From Tepidisphaera sp. (lineage in GTDB: Bacteria > Planctomycetota > Phycisphaerae > Phycisphaerales > UBA1924), in the NCBI GenBank assembly GCA_050916045.1, contig CP051526.1:32001-96000 (forward strand): a DNA stretch of 64,000 nucleotides, read 5' to 3'. This document shows, in pieces, positions 18,259 to 28,237 of the stretch; position 1 is the stretch's first letter; each line of letters opens with the position of its first letter. The position numbers and the translations under genes are program-made. The notes beneath the pieces are model-generated. The model worked only from the letters and a program-made list of their open reading frames with translations, was not told the DNA's origin and searched no databases.

Positions 18259-20907
18259 TCAGTTCTGCCGCATCTTCTTCAAAGCGTCAAGACGCTGGGT
18301 GTGGATGTCGCGGTCGGGCTCGATCACCTTGAGTGCTTCAAGCTGCCACTGGGCCGCGTCGTAATCCTTGCGGAGGATGGCGACGGTCGCGGCGGTTTCG
18401 CGCGTGCGGGCGTCGTAGGGCGCGATGCGAACGGCGCGGAGCGCCTTGGCCCACGCCCTGTCCCATTGCCTCAGCACTCCGTACCGGTTCGCGAGCTCGC
18501 TCGCGTACGCGGGCGTGTACTGCTCTCGGGCGTCGAGAAACTCCAGGTGCGAGATGACGCGCTCGGTCGCCGAGGGGTCGTCCTTTCCGCCGCCGGAGAG
18601 GAACCACGTCGTCAGAAGCTTGTGCGGGAAGGGGTCGACCGGTCGCGCGGCGGCGTACGCCTCCAGAAGCGGGACGACTTCGGCGGTGGGGGCGCCGCGA
18701 GAAGCGTCAAGCAACGACTGGATCGCGCCCATCAGCAGATCGGGGTGCTCGGGGTGTTTAGCGAGCGCAGCTTTCCACTGCTCGAGCGTCGGCTCTTCCG
18801 GCGGGTCCTCGCCAAGAGCTTCGGCCATGGCTTTCTGGGCGGAGGGCGTTCCCTCGGGGGGGAGCATGCCCCAGGAGACGAGCTGAGATTTCGCCCAGGG
18901 CAGGAACTGGTCCATGAACTCTTCGCGTGAGACTTTGAGAACCTGCTTGAACGCTTCGGGTTCCTTCACGCCGGCGGCATAGGCGTCCATGAGCTCCAGC
19001 GGAGCCCGCGGGCCGTACTTCTCGATCATGAACTCGTACATCCAGTGACCCTGGGCGTACGCCTGCGAGCGATCGGTCGGCTTCTTCGGCCGGACGAACG
19101 CGAGATTGATCTCTTCGAAGTCAAAGAGAGCGTCGGTCTTGTACGCCTGGGCGAGGACCTGAATGGCGGACCAGTCGCGGGGCGCATCTTCGAGGTAGAC
19201 GGCCGCGGCTTCGGTGAACCAGTGCGGAATTCGGTTCTTGGTTCTCGAAAGCGTGACGGTGTGGACGTATTCGTGGCGGACGACGCGTTCCCAGTCGTAA
19301 GGGCCGACAAGGTGGTTGGGCCCGGAACGCGGGGCTTCCATCGCGACGACGGGGCCGGTGGCGGCGGCGATGGTGTGGATGCGGGGCATGCCGGCGATGC
19401 GGACGGCGAACCACTCGTGGTCGGGGTAAAGCTCGATCACGGTCTTCTGCGAGACCTGGTGGTCGATGCCGCCCTTGTCCTTGCCGGCGACGCGGCGGTG
19501 GTTGGCTTCGAGAGGCTCGACCATTTCCTTGGCGAGGATGGCGTCGACGCCGGGCTTGTAGCGGATGACGAAGTGATCGGTCTCGATGGTGCCGTAGGAA
19601 GCGAGCTCGCGGACGAGCTTGAGGGAGTTCTCCGCGCGGATGTTGAAGGGGTCCAGCGCGGTGGCTTTCTCAAGAGCTTTCAGCGATTCGGCGTTGCGGC
19701 CGAACTGAAGCTCCATCAGGCCGAGCTCGATCCACGGGTCGGCCCACGCGGGGGCCCGCTTGGCGGCTTCGTTGAGGTACTTGGAAGCGTCAGCATACTG
19801 ACGGGCGTCGGACAGGGTTCGGCCCACGAGCGCGACGGCTTCGGGTGAATTCGGGAAGCGAGCGTCAAACGCGGCGAGGAGGGTGTCGACGGCTTGGAAG
19901 TCAAACCCGGCCGCGGCGGTCGCCGCTTGAATCGCAAGCAGGTCGGGCGCGGCGGGAAGCTTGGCGAGCACGGGCTCCAGAACTTCGGTCGCGCCGCGCG
20001 GGTCTGACTGTCGCACGCGTGCGCGCGCGGAGATGATGGCGGCGTGCGGAGAATCGGAACTGATCTCTCGCAGCGCTTCGGCGATCTTCTCCGCCTGATC
20101 GAAAGCAAAGGAGTCGACGGCGAGCGAGCCGAGCGCGAAGAAGGCTTCGGCGGAGCGCGGGCAGAGGCGTAGAGCTTCGCGAGCCGCGGCTTCACCTTCG
20201 CTGGGGTTGTCCTTGTCGACCAGGAGCTGAGCTTCGGCGAGGGAAGCGGTCCAGCACAAGCGGTCGATCTCGGTCCGAGCTTTGCCAAGGAGCGAGAGCA
20301 TGAGCTTGTAGTCGCTGGCGGCCGCTCCGGCTTTGGTGATCTCGACGGGGAGGCGTGAGCGGCCCATCATGGAGCGGACGCACTCGACGAGCTCTTCCGC
20401 GCGGCCGGGCTGTTCGCCGGAAGCGAGCTGCGGCGCGAACGCGGCGGCGGAACGCCACACCGCGTCGGCTTCCTCGAGTTTGCCAAGCCAGACCAGAGCC
20501 TGGCCGCGCAGGCGAGCGGCCCGCATCGGCCGATCGCCGCGGTCGCGAGCGCCGTCGAGGATGGTGATCGCCGCCGCCGGCTCACCCCGAAGCATCGCGG
20601 CTTCCGCGCGATCGAGCGGGTCGGCTTGTTCATCGGCAAGGGCGGGATTGGTCCAGTCACCCGTCAGGAGCGCCGCACGGGCCTTGCGAGCAGGCGTATC
20701 GAGGTCGGCGTCTTCCCAGACGCCGTGACGGATCCGGATGTCCTTGCGTTCTTCGTCGGTCAGCGATCTGCTCTCAAGCAGCCGAGCGACCGCCGGGGGC
20801 ACCTCGGGCTGGGCCATCGCGGCCGGAGCCGCGCAGAGGCTCCCCGCGACCATAAGCAGGAGCGTGCCGAGGGAGAGGTGTCGGCGGGTTTTGAGCTTTC
20901 TGAGCAT
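18259..20907 (-). CDS. Secreted TPR-repeat protein with zinc metallopeptidase (MA-like) domain
   Basis: Signal peptide; many TPR-like helices; RHEYVH plus PHWFTEA gluzincin-like motif; AYAQGHW. Confidence 0.8.
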   Translation of the reverse strand: MLRKLKTRRHLSLGTLLLMVAGSLCAAPAAMAQPEVPPAVARLLESRSLTDEERKDIRIRHGVWEDADLDTPARKARAALLTGDWTNPALADEQADPLDRAEAAMLRGEPAAAITILDGARDRGDRPMRAARLRGQALVWLGKLEEADAVWRSAAAFAPQLASGEQPGRAEELVECVRSMMGRSRLPVEITKAGAAASDYKLMLSLLGKARTEIDRLCWTASLAEAQLLVDKDNPSEGEAAAREALRLCPRSAEAFFALGSLAVDSFAFDQAEKIAEALREISSDSPHAAIISARARVRQSDPRGATEVLEPVLAKLPAAPDLLAIQAATAAAGFDFQAVDTLLAAFDARFPNSPEAVALVGRTLSDARQYADASKYLNEAAKRAPAWADPWIELGLMELQFGRNAESLKALEKATALDPFNIRAENSLKLVRELASYGTIETDHFVIRYKPGVDAILAKEMVEPLEANHRRVAGKDKGGIDHQVSQKTVIELYPDHEWFAVRIAGMPRIHTIAAATGPVVAMEAPRSGPNHLVGPYDWERVVRHEYVHTVTLSRTKNRIPHWFTEAAAVYLEDAPRDWSAIQVLAQAYKTDALFDFEEINLAFVRPKKPTDRSQAYAQGHWMYEFMIEKYGPRAPLELMDAYAAGVKEPEAFKQVLKVSREEFMDQFLPWAKSQLVSWGMLPPEGTPSAQKAMAEALGEDPPEEPTLEQWKAALAKHPEHPDLLMGAIQSLLDASRGAPTAEVVPLLEAYAAARPVDPFPHKLLTTWFLSGGGKDDPSATERVISHLEFLDAREQYTPAYASELANRYGVLRQWDRAWAKALRAVRIAPYDARTRETAATVAILRKDYDAAQWQLEALKVIEPDRDIHTQRLDALKKMRQN

Positions 20908-20919
20908 GGTGTTCGCGGC

Positions 20920-21924
20920 CTACTTCGGGGCGTCCTTCTTTTCATCGGTCGCCGGAGCTTGCGGAGTGTTGCTCGGCTTGCCGGAATCGGCTTCGGCGGG
21001 CTTGGCTTCCGCCGGCTTTTCGGCCGGCGCGGTCGGCAAGCGGACCTCGGTGACCTCCCAGCCCTCGGGGGCTTTGGTGTCCATGATGGTGGGGTCGATC
21101 TTGCCGTCGGTGCCAGCTTCCGTGTTCACGCGGATGTCCAGAAGCTGAACAATCGACACGTCCTTGTTCACGCTGACCGTCCGGGCCGCGCGGGGGAGGA
21201 GGCGAGCCGAAGGCTTGTCGTCGGATCCCATTTTCTCAGGGCGTTTGCCCCGGTACCAAAGCCGGATCTCCTCGAACGCATCGCCGCCCGGAGCCGCGCC
21301 GGCTTTGGGAGTCAGGCGAATCTGGGTCGAGCCGGCGAGGAACGCTTTGAGAGCCGCGTCATCCGCGCCCAGGCCGTCTTCGACCGGGACGAGCTGGGCG
21401 TTGTACCGCGAGAGGATGTCGTCCTTTTTCTGGCCGATCGGGATGGGCATGGGCCCCTCGCCGAGCTTCATCGGGTCAAGGCTCTGGCCCGGGCCGACGA
21501 CCTCCTTGCGGTTGATCTTCTTCTCGGCAGGCATCTTGTCGGCGTACCACGCGCCGTCAAACACATGGAAGCGCTGCTCGGTCCGCTGCGCGGTTCCCAC
21601 GATGAACTGTTCGAAACAGACCGCGAATCGGCGCACGGTCCGTTCCCCGATCTTCGCCCGGTCGAAATACAGCTTACCCATCCGCACCTGCCGCTCACCC
21701 TCGAGATCGAGGGTCCGGTCGTAGCGGATCTCGGCTTGGAACTGGTCGAGCCCCTCGTCGGCTTTTTCGAGGGCCGCGAGGAGGTCGGCGGCGTCCTGGA
21801 AGTCGGTCGAGGGCGGCGCCGCAGGCACCTGCGCTGCCGGAGCGGGGCCCCCGGCTGGGGTGGAGGGCTGAGAAGCGGGCTGGGCCAGAGCGGCGAGGGC
21901 GAGGAGGAGTGTTTGGTGGATCAT
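20920..21924 (-). CDS. Periplasmic protein, possibly LolA-like carrier fold
   Basis: Signal peptide; LDQFQAEIRYDR...GKLYF...VFDG; low-complexity Pro/Ala ends. Confidence 0.5.
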   Translation of the reverse strand: MIHQTLLLALAALAQPASQPSTPAGGPAPAAQVPAAPPSTDFQDAADLLAALEKADEGLDQFQAEIRYDRTLDLEGERQVRMGKLYFDRAKIGERTVRRFAVCFEQFIVGTAQRTEQRFHVFDGAWYADKMPAEKKINRKEVVGPGQSLDPMKLGEGPMPIPIGQKKDDILSRYNAQLVPVEDGLGADDAALKAFLAGSTQIRLTPKAGAAPGGDAFEEIRLWYRGKRPEKMGSDDKPSARLLPRAARTVSVNKDVSIVQLLDIRVNTEAGTDGKIDPTIMDTKAPEGWEVTEVRLPTAPAEKPAEAKPAEADSGKPSNTPQAPATDEKKDAPK

Positions 21925-22150
21925 GGCGTCCTTCGAGCGTGCGTGCTTCGTATTCAGACGGTCAGGGGGTCGAAAGGTTCGCGCCGGAAGGGCGAGGCGT
22001 GGCGGGCGCTCGGGAATCGTGCGGCGTGCGTTGGCCTGACGGTCGAGTGCGAGTCGAGTGGGGGCCCGGTGGGGGGCTAGATGGCGTGGGTGGTCGGATT
22101 GAGGGAACGGTGGGGGGTGTGTCCGGGTACGATAGTCGCGGAGGCACTTG

Positions 22151-22519
22151 ATGCGTTCTGGAACTCGAATTCTCGCGCGGCTGACGGCTCTTGGAATGCT
22201 GGCGGCTTCGGCGCTGCTGACGCTCACGATCTGGGACCAGACGGGCCGGCTTCCCGACACCCGCGCTCCTTCCGAAGCCCTCGCCAAGATGGCGGAGGAG
22301 ACGGCTGAGGATCCTTTCGCGGGCCTCGGCATGGACGATGCGGCCGGCAAGCCGAAAGAGGTGCAGAACCATTTCCGGCTGGGGCTGATTCCCGGGATGA
22401 GTTCGTGGAAGGACTCGGCGGCGGTCTCGACGCTGATGCTCCCGCCCCTTGTGATGACGGTTCTGGTCTTTGTCGCCACGCGCAAGCCGCGGGCGTGCTG
22501 CATGAAGGAAAAGGCATGA
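22151..22519 (+). CDS. Small membrane protein
   Basis: RBS ggagg; two hydrophobic segments; stop overlaps the YceI start (ATGA). Confidence 0.6.
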   Translation: MRSGTRILARLTALGMLAASALLTLTIWDQTGRLPDTRAPSEALAKMAEETAEDPFAGLGMDDAAGKPKEVQNHFRLGLIPGMSSWKDSAAVSTLMLPPLVMTVLVFVATRKPRACCMKEKA

Positions 22520-23361
22520 TTTTGAAGACGACGGCGGTGATGGCGGCGCTCCTGATCGCGGCGGCGGGGATCGCTCAGCCCGCAGACAAGCCCGCAGAGA
22601 CCAAGCCCGCGGAAACCAAGCCCGACACGAAGCAGCCTGAGAAGCAGGCGGAAGCGCCGAAAGCCCCCGTGCGGGCCGCCAGCGGCAAGTCCCTCGTCAT
22701 CCCCGAGGATCAGAAAAAGCTCGGCACGGTCTACCAAACGATCACCCTCGGCAGCCAGAAGCAGGTGACCTTCACCTCCAAGACCCACAACGCGACCTTC
22801 GACGGGTACAGCGCCAGTGTCCTCGGCTACGCCGTCGCCGGACCGGCCGACAACCCCGCGGACCTCAAGGCCGGAGCTTGGGTCCTGCCCGTCAAGAGCC
22901 TCGAAACCGGCAACAAGACCAAGAACCGCAACATCGCCAAAGCCGAGTGGCTCGACGCGGGGAAGTCCCCCGACATCATCTTCACGCTCAAGTCCGTGAA
23001 GGACATCACGCCGCACAAAGCGGGCGCGGGCACGGCGGTGTCGTTCAAGGTCACGCTTGTGGGCGACATGACGATGCGTGGCGTCACGAAGGAAGTATCG
23101 ATCAAGGACGTCGTGCTCGGTTTCGTCAAAGAGACCGAGAAATCCGCCAAGATCGCCAAGGGCGACCTTCTCGCGATCCGCTGCAAGTACACCGTCAAAC
23201 TGACGGATTTCGGCGTGACCAACGACTACGTCGTCAAGGACAAGTCCGTCGCGGATGAGATCGAGATCGACCAGTCGCTCACGCTCGCGACGGCGGCTCC
23301 CGAGGAACAGCCGGCTTCGGCGGCCAAGCCCGAGGAAAAGCCGGCGGAGAAGCCGGAGTAA
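22516..23361 (+). CDS. YceI-family periplasmic lipid/polyisoprenoid-binding protein
   Basis: Signal peptide; VKSLETGNKTKNRNI, WLDAGKSPDIIF, GDMTMRGVTKEV, KLTDFGV. Confidence 0.82.
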   Translation: MILKTTAVMAALLIAAAGIAQPADKPAETKPAETKPDTKQPEKQAEAPKAPVRAASGKSLVIPEDQKKLGTVYQTITLGSQKQVTFTSKTHNATFDGYSASVLGYAVAGPADNPADLKAGAWVLPVKSLETGNKTKNRNIAKAEWLDAGKSPDIIFTLKSVKDITPHKAGAGTAVSFKVTLVGDMTMRGVTKEVSIKDVVLGFVKETEKSAKIAKGDLLAIRCKYTVKLTDFGVTNDYVVKDKSVADEIEIDQSLTLATAAPEEQPASAAKPEEKPAEKPE

Positions 23362-23385
23362 GTCTCCAAGACCGCGCGAGTCGCT

Positions 23386-23940
23386 TCAGTCGATCGGCTC
23401 ACCCGCGACCTGCCATTCGAGTTCGTCCAGGTCGGCGTCGACCGGACGACCGAGGCGTCGGAGCATGTTCATGCACTGCGCGCGGTGGTGCATCCCGTGG
23501 TTGGTGATGTGGATGATCGAAGCCGCGACATTGAACCGGTAGGTGTTCCCGCCGAAGGTCCAGTCGCGCACCTCGGCCATGAGCGGCCGGACCGAGCGGA
23601 CCACCGCCGCGAAGTCTTCGCACGCTTGGGTATTGAGCGCCAGCAGCTCGCGGGGTGTGCGCCGGGTCATCGGGGTTGAGGTGTCGCCGTGCGTGCGTCC
23701 CTCGATCGACGGGCGGAGCGGCCGTTGGCCGATGCGGTCGGCCCAGCGAAAGATCGCGCCGATCACGTGGGACATGGTGTCGTGGAGCGAGCCCGGGCCG
23801 ATGTCGAATCGCTGGTGGAACTCGGATTCGGGCAGAGGCTCGCACGCCCGCAGGACCTCGCCGTTGGCCCACCGGTTGTGTCCGAGAAGCAGATCGATGG
23901 CGTCGGATGTTAGTGGCTTGGATGGATTTGCGGTGCTCAT
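23386..23940 (-). CDS. DinB-family protein
   Basis: HNRWAN, GSLHDTMSH, HITNHGMHHRAQ metal-binding His motifs. Confidence 0.88.
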   Translation of the reverse strand: MSTANPSKPLTSDAIDLLLGHNRWANGEVLRACEPLPESEFHQRFDIGPGSLHDTMSHVIGAIFRWADRIGQRPLRPSIEGRTHGDTSTPMTRRTPRELLALNTQACEDFAAVVRSVRPLMAEVRDWTFGGNTYRFNVAASIIHITNHGMHHRAQCMNMLRRLGRPVDADLDELEWQVAGEPID

Positions 23941-24127
23941 CCGGGGCTCCTCTAGCGATGGTAGCGGTGGGCGTGGGCTGGCTGGGAACGTGGAGGGTGC
24001 GAGTTAGCCTCCTCTAGGCGCAATCTTTGCGCAAGGATCACGGATTCTGGATGATTTATCAATACTGTGATTTCCCTTCGCGGGAGCGTGCCCGCGGGAT
24101 GGATCTGTATTGAGTAGGAGAGAGAGC

Positions 24128-24781
24128 ATGGTTCCGACGAATTCCTTGCGTTGCTTGGCGGTGGCCGGCGTGGCGGTTCTGGGTCAGGCCGCGACGGCCG
24201 ACATCATCATCTCGGAGGTTCACTCCACCGGGAGCAGCAACGGCACGTACAACGCCGACTTCTTCGAAGTGACGAACACCGGGGCTTCCGCCGTGGACAT
24301 CACGGGCTGGAAGGTGGATGACAGCTCGAACTCGTTCGCGGCTTCGCTGGCGCTGCGTGGCGTCACGTCGATCGGCGCGGGCGAGTCGGTGATTTTCATT
24401 GAGACGCGTGCGGACGGCTCGACCGACGCGGCAGTGATCAATGCGTTCAAGAGCGCGTGGTTCGGCCTGTCCGTTCCTTCGACCCTCGTGGTCGGCACGT
24501 ACGGCGGTTCGGGCATCGGTCTGGGCTCCGGCGGCGATGCGGTCAACCTGTTCAGCGGCGCTGGCGTTCGGGTGACGGGCGTGACGTTCGGAGCCGCGAC
24601 CGCCGGTGTCACGTTCGACAACCGCGCGGGCCTGGCCACCGTCACGCAGCTCAGCGCTGCGGGCGTCAACGGCGCGTTCCTGTCGGCGACGGGCGAGGTC
24701 GGCTCGCCCGGCGTGGTTCCCGCTCCGGGAGCAGCCGCGCTGCTCGGGCTTGCGGCTCTGGGCCTCCGTCGTCGCCGCTGA
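24128..24781 (+). CDS. Lamin-tail-domain PEP-CTERM-like secreted protein
   Basis: IIISEV, DFFEVTNTGASAVDITGWKVDD, GLGSGGDAV, GSPG; tail VPAPG-TM-RRRR. Confidence 0.85.
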   Translation: MVPTNSLRCLAVAGVAVLGQAATADIIISEVHSTGSSNGTYNADFFEVTNTGASAVDITGWKVDDSSNSFAASLALRGVTSIGAGESVIFIETRADGSTDAAVINAFKSAWFGLSVPSTLVVGTYGGSGIGLGSGGDAVNLFSGAGVRVTGVTFGAATAGVTFDNRAGLATVTQLSAAGVNGAFLSATGEVGSPGVVPAPGAAALLGLAALGLRRRR

Positions 24782-24807
24782 GGCACATCGGATTGAGTAC
24801 ACCCCAT

Positions 24808-24853
24808 CAAGCGGGCCGGCTTTCGGGGAGAGAGCCGGCTCGCTTGTCTTTTT
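24808..24853 (+). terminator. Intrinsic terminator
   Basis: Stem caagcgggccggct/agccggctcgcttg plus tcttttt, between convergent genes. Confidence 0.7.
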
Positions 24854-25813
24854 CTAATGCTTGGGTCGGAAGAGATCCGAGCACGCCGCGTCCAGCGTCG
24901 CGAATGAGAAGTCAAAACCCTCGTCCAGAAGCCGGCGCGGGGTCAGAAACCGTCCGTACAGCGCAAGCTCAGGGTCGGTGCGAAGCACGAGAGGCGCTCC
25001 CAGACGCACCATCCACGCCAGCGCCGGGAGGCCAACGCCGAGCCCGCCCAGTCCGCCGGCATATCGGCGAAGCGTCTTCATGAACAGCTTCTGCGCCACC
25101 GGGGTCGGTGAGGATGCGATGTACGCCCCCTGCATCGATGGATCGACAAGCCCACGCTCGAAGAGCCGGTTCATGTCCTGCTCATGGATCCACGACATCC
25201 CTTGCCGACCGTGACCGACTGTCCCGCCCAAGCCCAATCGGGCCAGCATGCCAAGCGTGCCCAGCGCTCCCGAGCCGCCGGAGTTCGCACGGCCGATCAC
25301 AAAGCTCGTCCGAAGCATGACGCTTCGCTGCGTCGGCAGGATGGACTCCGCGAACGCCTGCTCCCACGCTTTGCCCACGATGGGCGCAAGGCCGTACCCG
25401 AACGCGGAACTCTCATCGCAGTGCACCTCGGGTGGATCACCATAGATGTGAGCGGTCGACATCTGCACCCACACCGGCGGCGGCGAAGCCACGCGGCGGC
25501 ATGCCTGCCCGAGCACACGGGTCGATTCGACGCGTGAGCGGAGAATCTCATCGCAGTGGTCGGGCGTCTTGACGCAGTCGACGGTGCGACCCGCGAGATT
25601 CACCAACCCGGCAGCCCCATCCAGACACGAAATCCAGTCGCCGAGCGATCGCGCATCCCACCGAACATGGTCGTACGCGGCTTTGGGCGTGCCGCGCGAG
25701 AGAATGACCACCTTCGCGCCCGCTGCGGTCAGGTGAGCCGCGAGCGATATCCCGAGAAATCCGGAGCCACCGGCGATCACGACGCGGCCGGAAAGAGCGG
25801 GAAGCGTGGGCAT
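24854..25813 (-). CDS. TIGR01777-like NAD-binding oxidoreductase/epimerase (DUF1731)
   Basis: [43 protein letters not shown]. Confidence 0.88.
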   Translation of the reverse strand: MPTLPALSGRVVIAGGSGFLGISLAAHLTAAGAKVVILSRGTPKAAYDHVRWDARSLGDWISCLDGAAGLVNLAGRTVDCVKTPDHCDEILRSRVESTRVLGQACRRVASPPPVWVQMSTAHIYGDPPEVHCDESSAFGYGLAPIVGKAWEQAFAESILPTQRSVMLRTSFVIGRANSGGSGALGTLGMLARLGLGGTVGHGRQGMSWIHEQDMNRLFERGLVDPSMQGAYIASSPTPVAQKLFMKTLRRYAGGLGGLGVGLPALAWMVRLGAPLVLRTDPELALYGRFLTPRRLLDEGFDFSFATLDAACSDLFRPKH

Positions 25814-25829
25814 GACGGAGTCTAGCGAC

Positions 25830-26384
25830 TCAATTCACAGGCCAGTTCTCGCTCCGGCACGCTTTGGGCACAGGAAAGAGCGGCATGACGGCGTAGAGCG
25901 TGCGGATGAGGAACGAAGGCTTGCCCGTCTCCAGCACCGCCTTGAGCGTGCCCGTGATGATCTTGGCTCCGCCGACCATCTGCTTCTGGGTCTTGGAACC
26001 AGCGACGCACCTGGAAATCGTGAGCGTGAACTCGGTCCCCCCCGAGACTTCCGCCAGGTCGTACGCCACCACGCACGGCGGGTCGTTCTTGTCCGTGAAC
26101 CGGAACGTGTGCACGAAGCGTTTGAGCGGCACGATCTCGAGAATCTCGCCAACCACGCCCGTGTGCTTGCCATCGGGCGTCCGCATCGCCATCTTCGTTC
26201 CCGGAGCAAGCCCGCCCGGCCCAAGGTGCATCCGGTTGTTGAAGAAGCAGGCGATGGGAACGTCGGTGCGCGTGATCTCGGCCCAGACCGCTCGCGGGGG
26301 CGCCTTGATCACGACCTTGAACATCTGGTCGGGCGCGATGTTGGCGGGAGCGGATGCGGGTTGAACGGGCGTGCTGCTAGGCAT
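25830..26384 (-). CDS. SRPBCC (AHSA1-like) ligand-binding protein
   Basis: [21 protein letters not shown]...[13 protein letters not shown]; coupled to the ArsR gene. Confidence 0.8.
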   Translation of the reverse strand: MPSSTPVQPASAPANIAPDQMFKVVIKAPPRAVWAEITRTDVPIACFFNNRMHLGPGGLAPGTKMAMRTPDGKHTGVVGEILEIVPLKRFVHTFRFTDKNDPPCVVAYDLAEVSGGTEFTLTISRCVAGSKTQKQMVGGAKIITGTLKAVLETGKPSFLIRTLYAVMPLFPVPKACRSENWPVN

Positions 26385-26745
26385 GTCTTTGGGCCTTTCG
26401 TGCGGCTCCGGCTTTGCCGGCGGCGTGGGCTTCGAGCTTGGCTTTCAGGTCAGCGACGTGCCCGCCCCAGAAGCGGCTGTACTCGTCGGTCCAGCGGTCG
26501 TAGACCTGCTGGATGGGCATGAGGTTGAGGAAGAGCTTGCGTTCGCGGCCCACCTTGTGCGCCAAGACGAGATTCGCGGCTTCCAGGACCTTCACGTGCT
26601 TGAGCACGCCGACGCTCGACATGTCAAAGTGCTGAGCGAGCGCGGCGACCGTCAGGCCCGGCTTGGCTTGGAGCAGGTCGAGCATCCGGCGTCGCTCACG
26701 GCTCGCAAGGGCTGAAAAGAGGCTGTCGAGCTCGTCGAGGTTCAT
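26377..26745 (-). CDS. ArsR/SmtB-family transcriptional regulator
   Basis: FSALASRERRRMLDLL, KHVKVLEAANLV, KVGRE, LNLMPIQQVYDRW. Confidence 0.9.
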   Translation of the reverse strand: MNLDELDSLFSALASRERRRMLDLLQAKPGLTVAALAQHFDMSSVGVLKHVKVLEAANLVLAHKVGRERKLFLNLMPIQQVYDRWTDEYSRFWGGHVADLKAKLEAHAAGKAGAARKAQRHA

Positions 26746-26748
26746 GAC

Positions 26749-26785
26749 TAACCGAAAGGTTATCGATAAGCCGCCGGCGTGTCAA
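26749..26785 (-). promoter_or_regulatory. Sigma70 promoter with overlapping palindromic operator for the ArsR operon
   Basis: TTGACA-N17-TAACCT; palindrome TAACC-N4-GGTTA at 26749-26762 overlaps the -10 element. Confidence 0.7.
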
Positions 26786-26851
26786 GCCCAAAGGCACCTT
26801 TGGGCCGGAATGTCTCTGATCTGCGGCGCGGCGGCCTTGGTACCCTCGCCC

Positions 26852-28087
26852 ATGCGAACCACGCCGCTTCTCATGCTTCTTGGATCAGGGGAACTCGGAC
26901 GCGAGGTCGTCATCTCGGCCAAGCGGCTCGGATGCTCGGTCATCGCGGTTGACTCCTACGCCGGTGCTCCCGCCATGCAGGTCGCCGACGGGTTCGAGGT
27001 CCTCAACATGCTCGATGGCGACGCTCTCGAAGCCGTCATTCGCAAGCATGCTCCGGACTTCGTCGTCCCCGAGATCGAAGCCATCCGCACCGAGCGCCTC
27101 GTCAAGCTCGAAGCCCAAGGTCAAAGCGTCGTCCCCTCCGCCCGCGCCGCTCACCTCACCATGAACCGCGACGCGATCCGCGACCTTGCTTCTCGCGAGC
27201 TCAAGCTTCCCACCGCCCGGTTCGCCTACGCCGAGTCCGCGGAGGAACTCCGACGCATCGTCCTTGAAGGCAGGAGCCCCGTCGGTCTCCCCTGCGTCAT
27301 CAAGCCCGTGATGTCCTCAAGCGGCAAAGGCCAGTCGGTCGCGAAGAAGCCCGCGGACCTCGTGAAGTCATGGGACTACGCCTGTGAGGGCATGCGCGGC
27401 GACACCCGGCGCGTCATTGCGGAAGAGTTCATCGACTTTGACTACGAGATCACCGTGCTCACCATCCGCCAGCGGGCGGTCGTGGGCGGAAAGAAACTCG
27501 CCGAGAAGGACCGGACCCTCTTCGTCCGCCCCATCGGCCACCGCCAGGAACGCGGCGATTATCAGGAATCGTGGGCTCCGTGCGCGATGAAGCCCGCCCT
27601 CGTCAGAAAAGCCCAGGCCATGGCCCGCGCCATCACCTCCGAGATCGCGGGCAAGCACGGCGCCGGGCTCTTCGGCGTTGAGTTCTTCGTCAAGGGCGAC
27701 CGCGTCATCTTCAGCGAGCTTTCACCCCGCCCGCACGACACCGGCATGGTCACCATGATCGGCCAGGACCTCAGCGAGTTCGACCTGCACGTCCGGGCCA
27801 TTCTCGGACTCCCGATCCCCGCGATCCACTACGGGACCGGCAAGCACGCCGCCGCCGCGAGCGCCGTGATCCTCGCGCACGAAGCGTCCAGCGAGCCGCC
27901 GTCGTACGAAGGGGTCGAGAAGGCCCTCGCCCTCCCCACCGTCCAGGTCAGACTCTTCGGCAAGCCCAGCACGCGCAAGTACCGCCGGATGGGTGTCGTT
28001 CTCGCGACCGCCGCGACCGCCACCGCCGCCCGAAAGCTCGCAAAAAAGGCCGCCGCGATGGTCAAGGTCAAAACCGGCCGCAAATAG
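26852..28087 (+). CDS. purT: Formate-dependent phosphoribosylglycinamide formyltransferase
   Basis: MLLGSGELGREV, VPEIEAI, KPVMSSSGKGQS, SELSPRPHDTG, RLFGKP...RRMGV. Confidence 0.97.
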   Translation: MRTTPLLMLLGSGELGREVVISAKRLGCSVIAVDSYAGAPAMQVADGFEVLNMLDGDALEAVIRKHAPDFVVPEIEAIRTERLVKLEAQGQSVVPSARAAHLTMNRDAIRDLASRELKLPTARFAYAESAEELRRIVLEGRSPVGLPCVIKPVMSSSGKGQSVAKKPADLVKSWDYACEGMRGDTRRVIAEEFIDFDYEITVLTIRQRAVVGGKKLAEKDRTLFVRPIGHRQERGDYQESWAPCAMKPALVRKAQAMARAITSEIAGKHGAGLFGVEFFVKGDRVIFSELSPRPHDTGMVTMIGQDLSEFDLHVRAILGLPIPAIHYGTGKHAAAASAVILAHEASSEPPSYEGVEKALALPTVQVRLFGKPSTRKYRRMGVVLATAATATAARKLAKKAAAMVKVKTGRK

Positions 28088-28237
28088 CCTTGCGTTTTCC
28101 TTCCTCCCGTGGCATACTGATCCTGTCGCCCGATTCTGACGGGCGGCATGGGCCTCGTCCTCCGCTGCGTTCTGCTCCGCGGAGGCCTGATCCGCCCGGG
28201 CACGGCATCATCCCCGCCACGCGGGGGAGGTACGTCG

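Noticed and set aside
22576..22650. Short tandem repeats (KPAET units) and similar Pro/Ala/Gly runs at 8130-8165 and 20960-21030
   Set aside because: Low-complexity protein linkers, not CRISPR or DNA repeat elements
28042..28048. In-frame A AAA AAG slippery heptamer near the purT 3' end
   Set aside because: PurT is already complete; no clear SD or hairpin stimulator; the -1 frame gives an implausible Arg/Pro-rich tail overlapping the next gene
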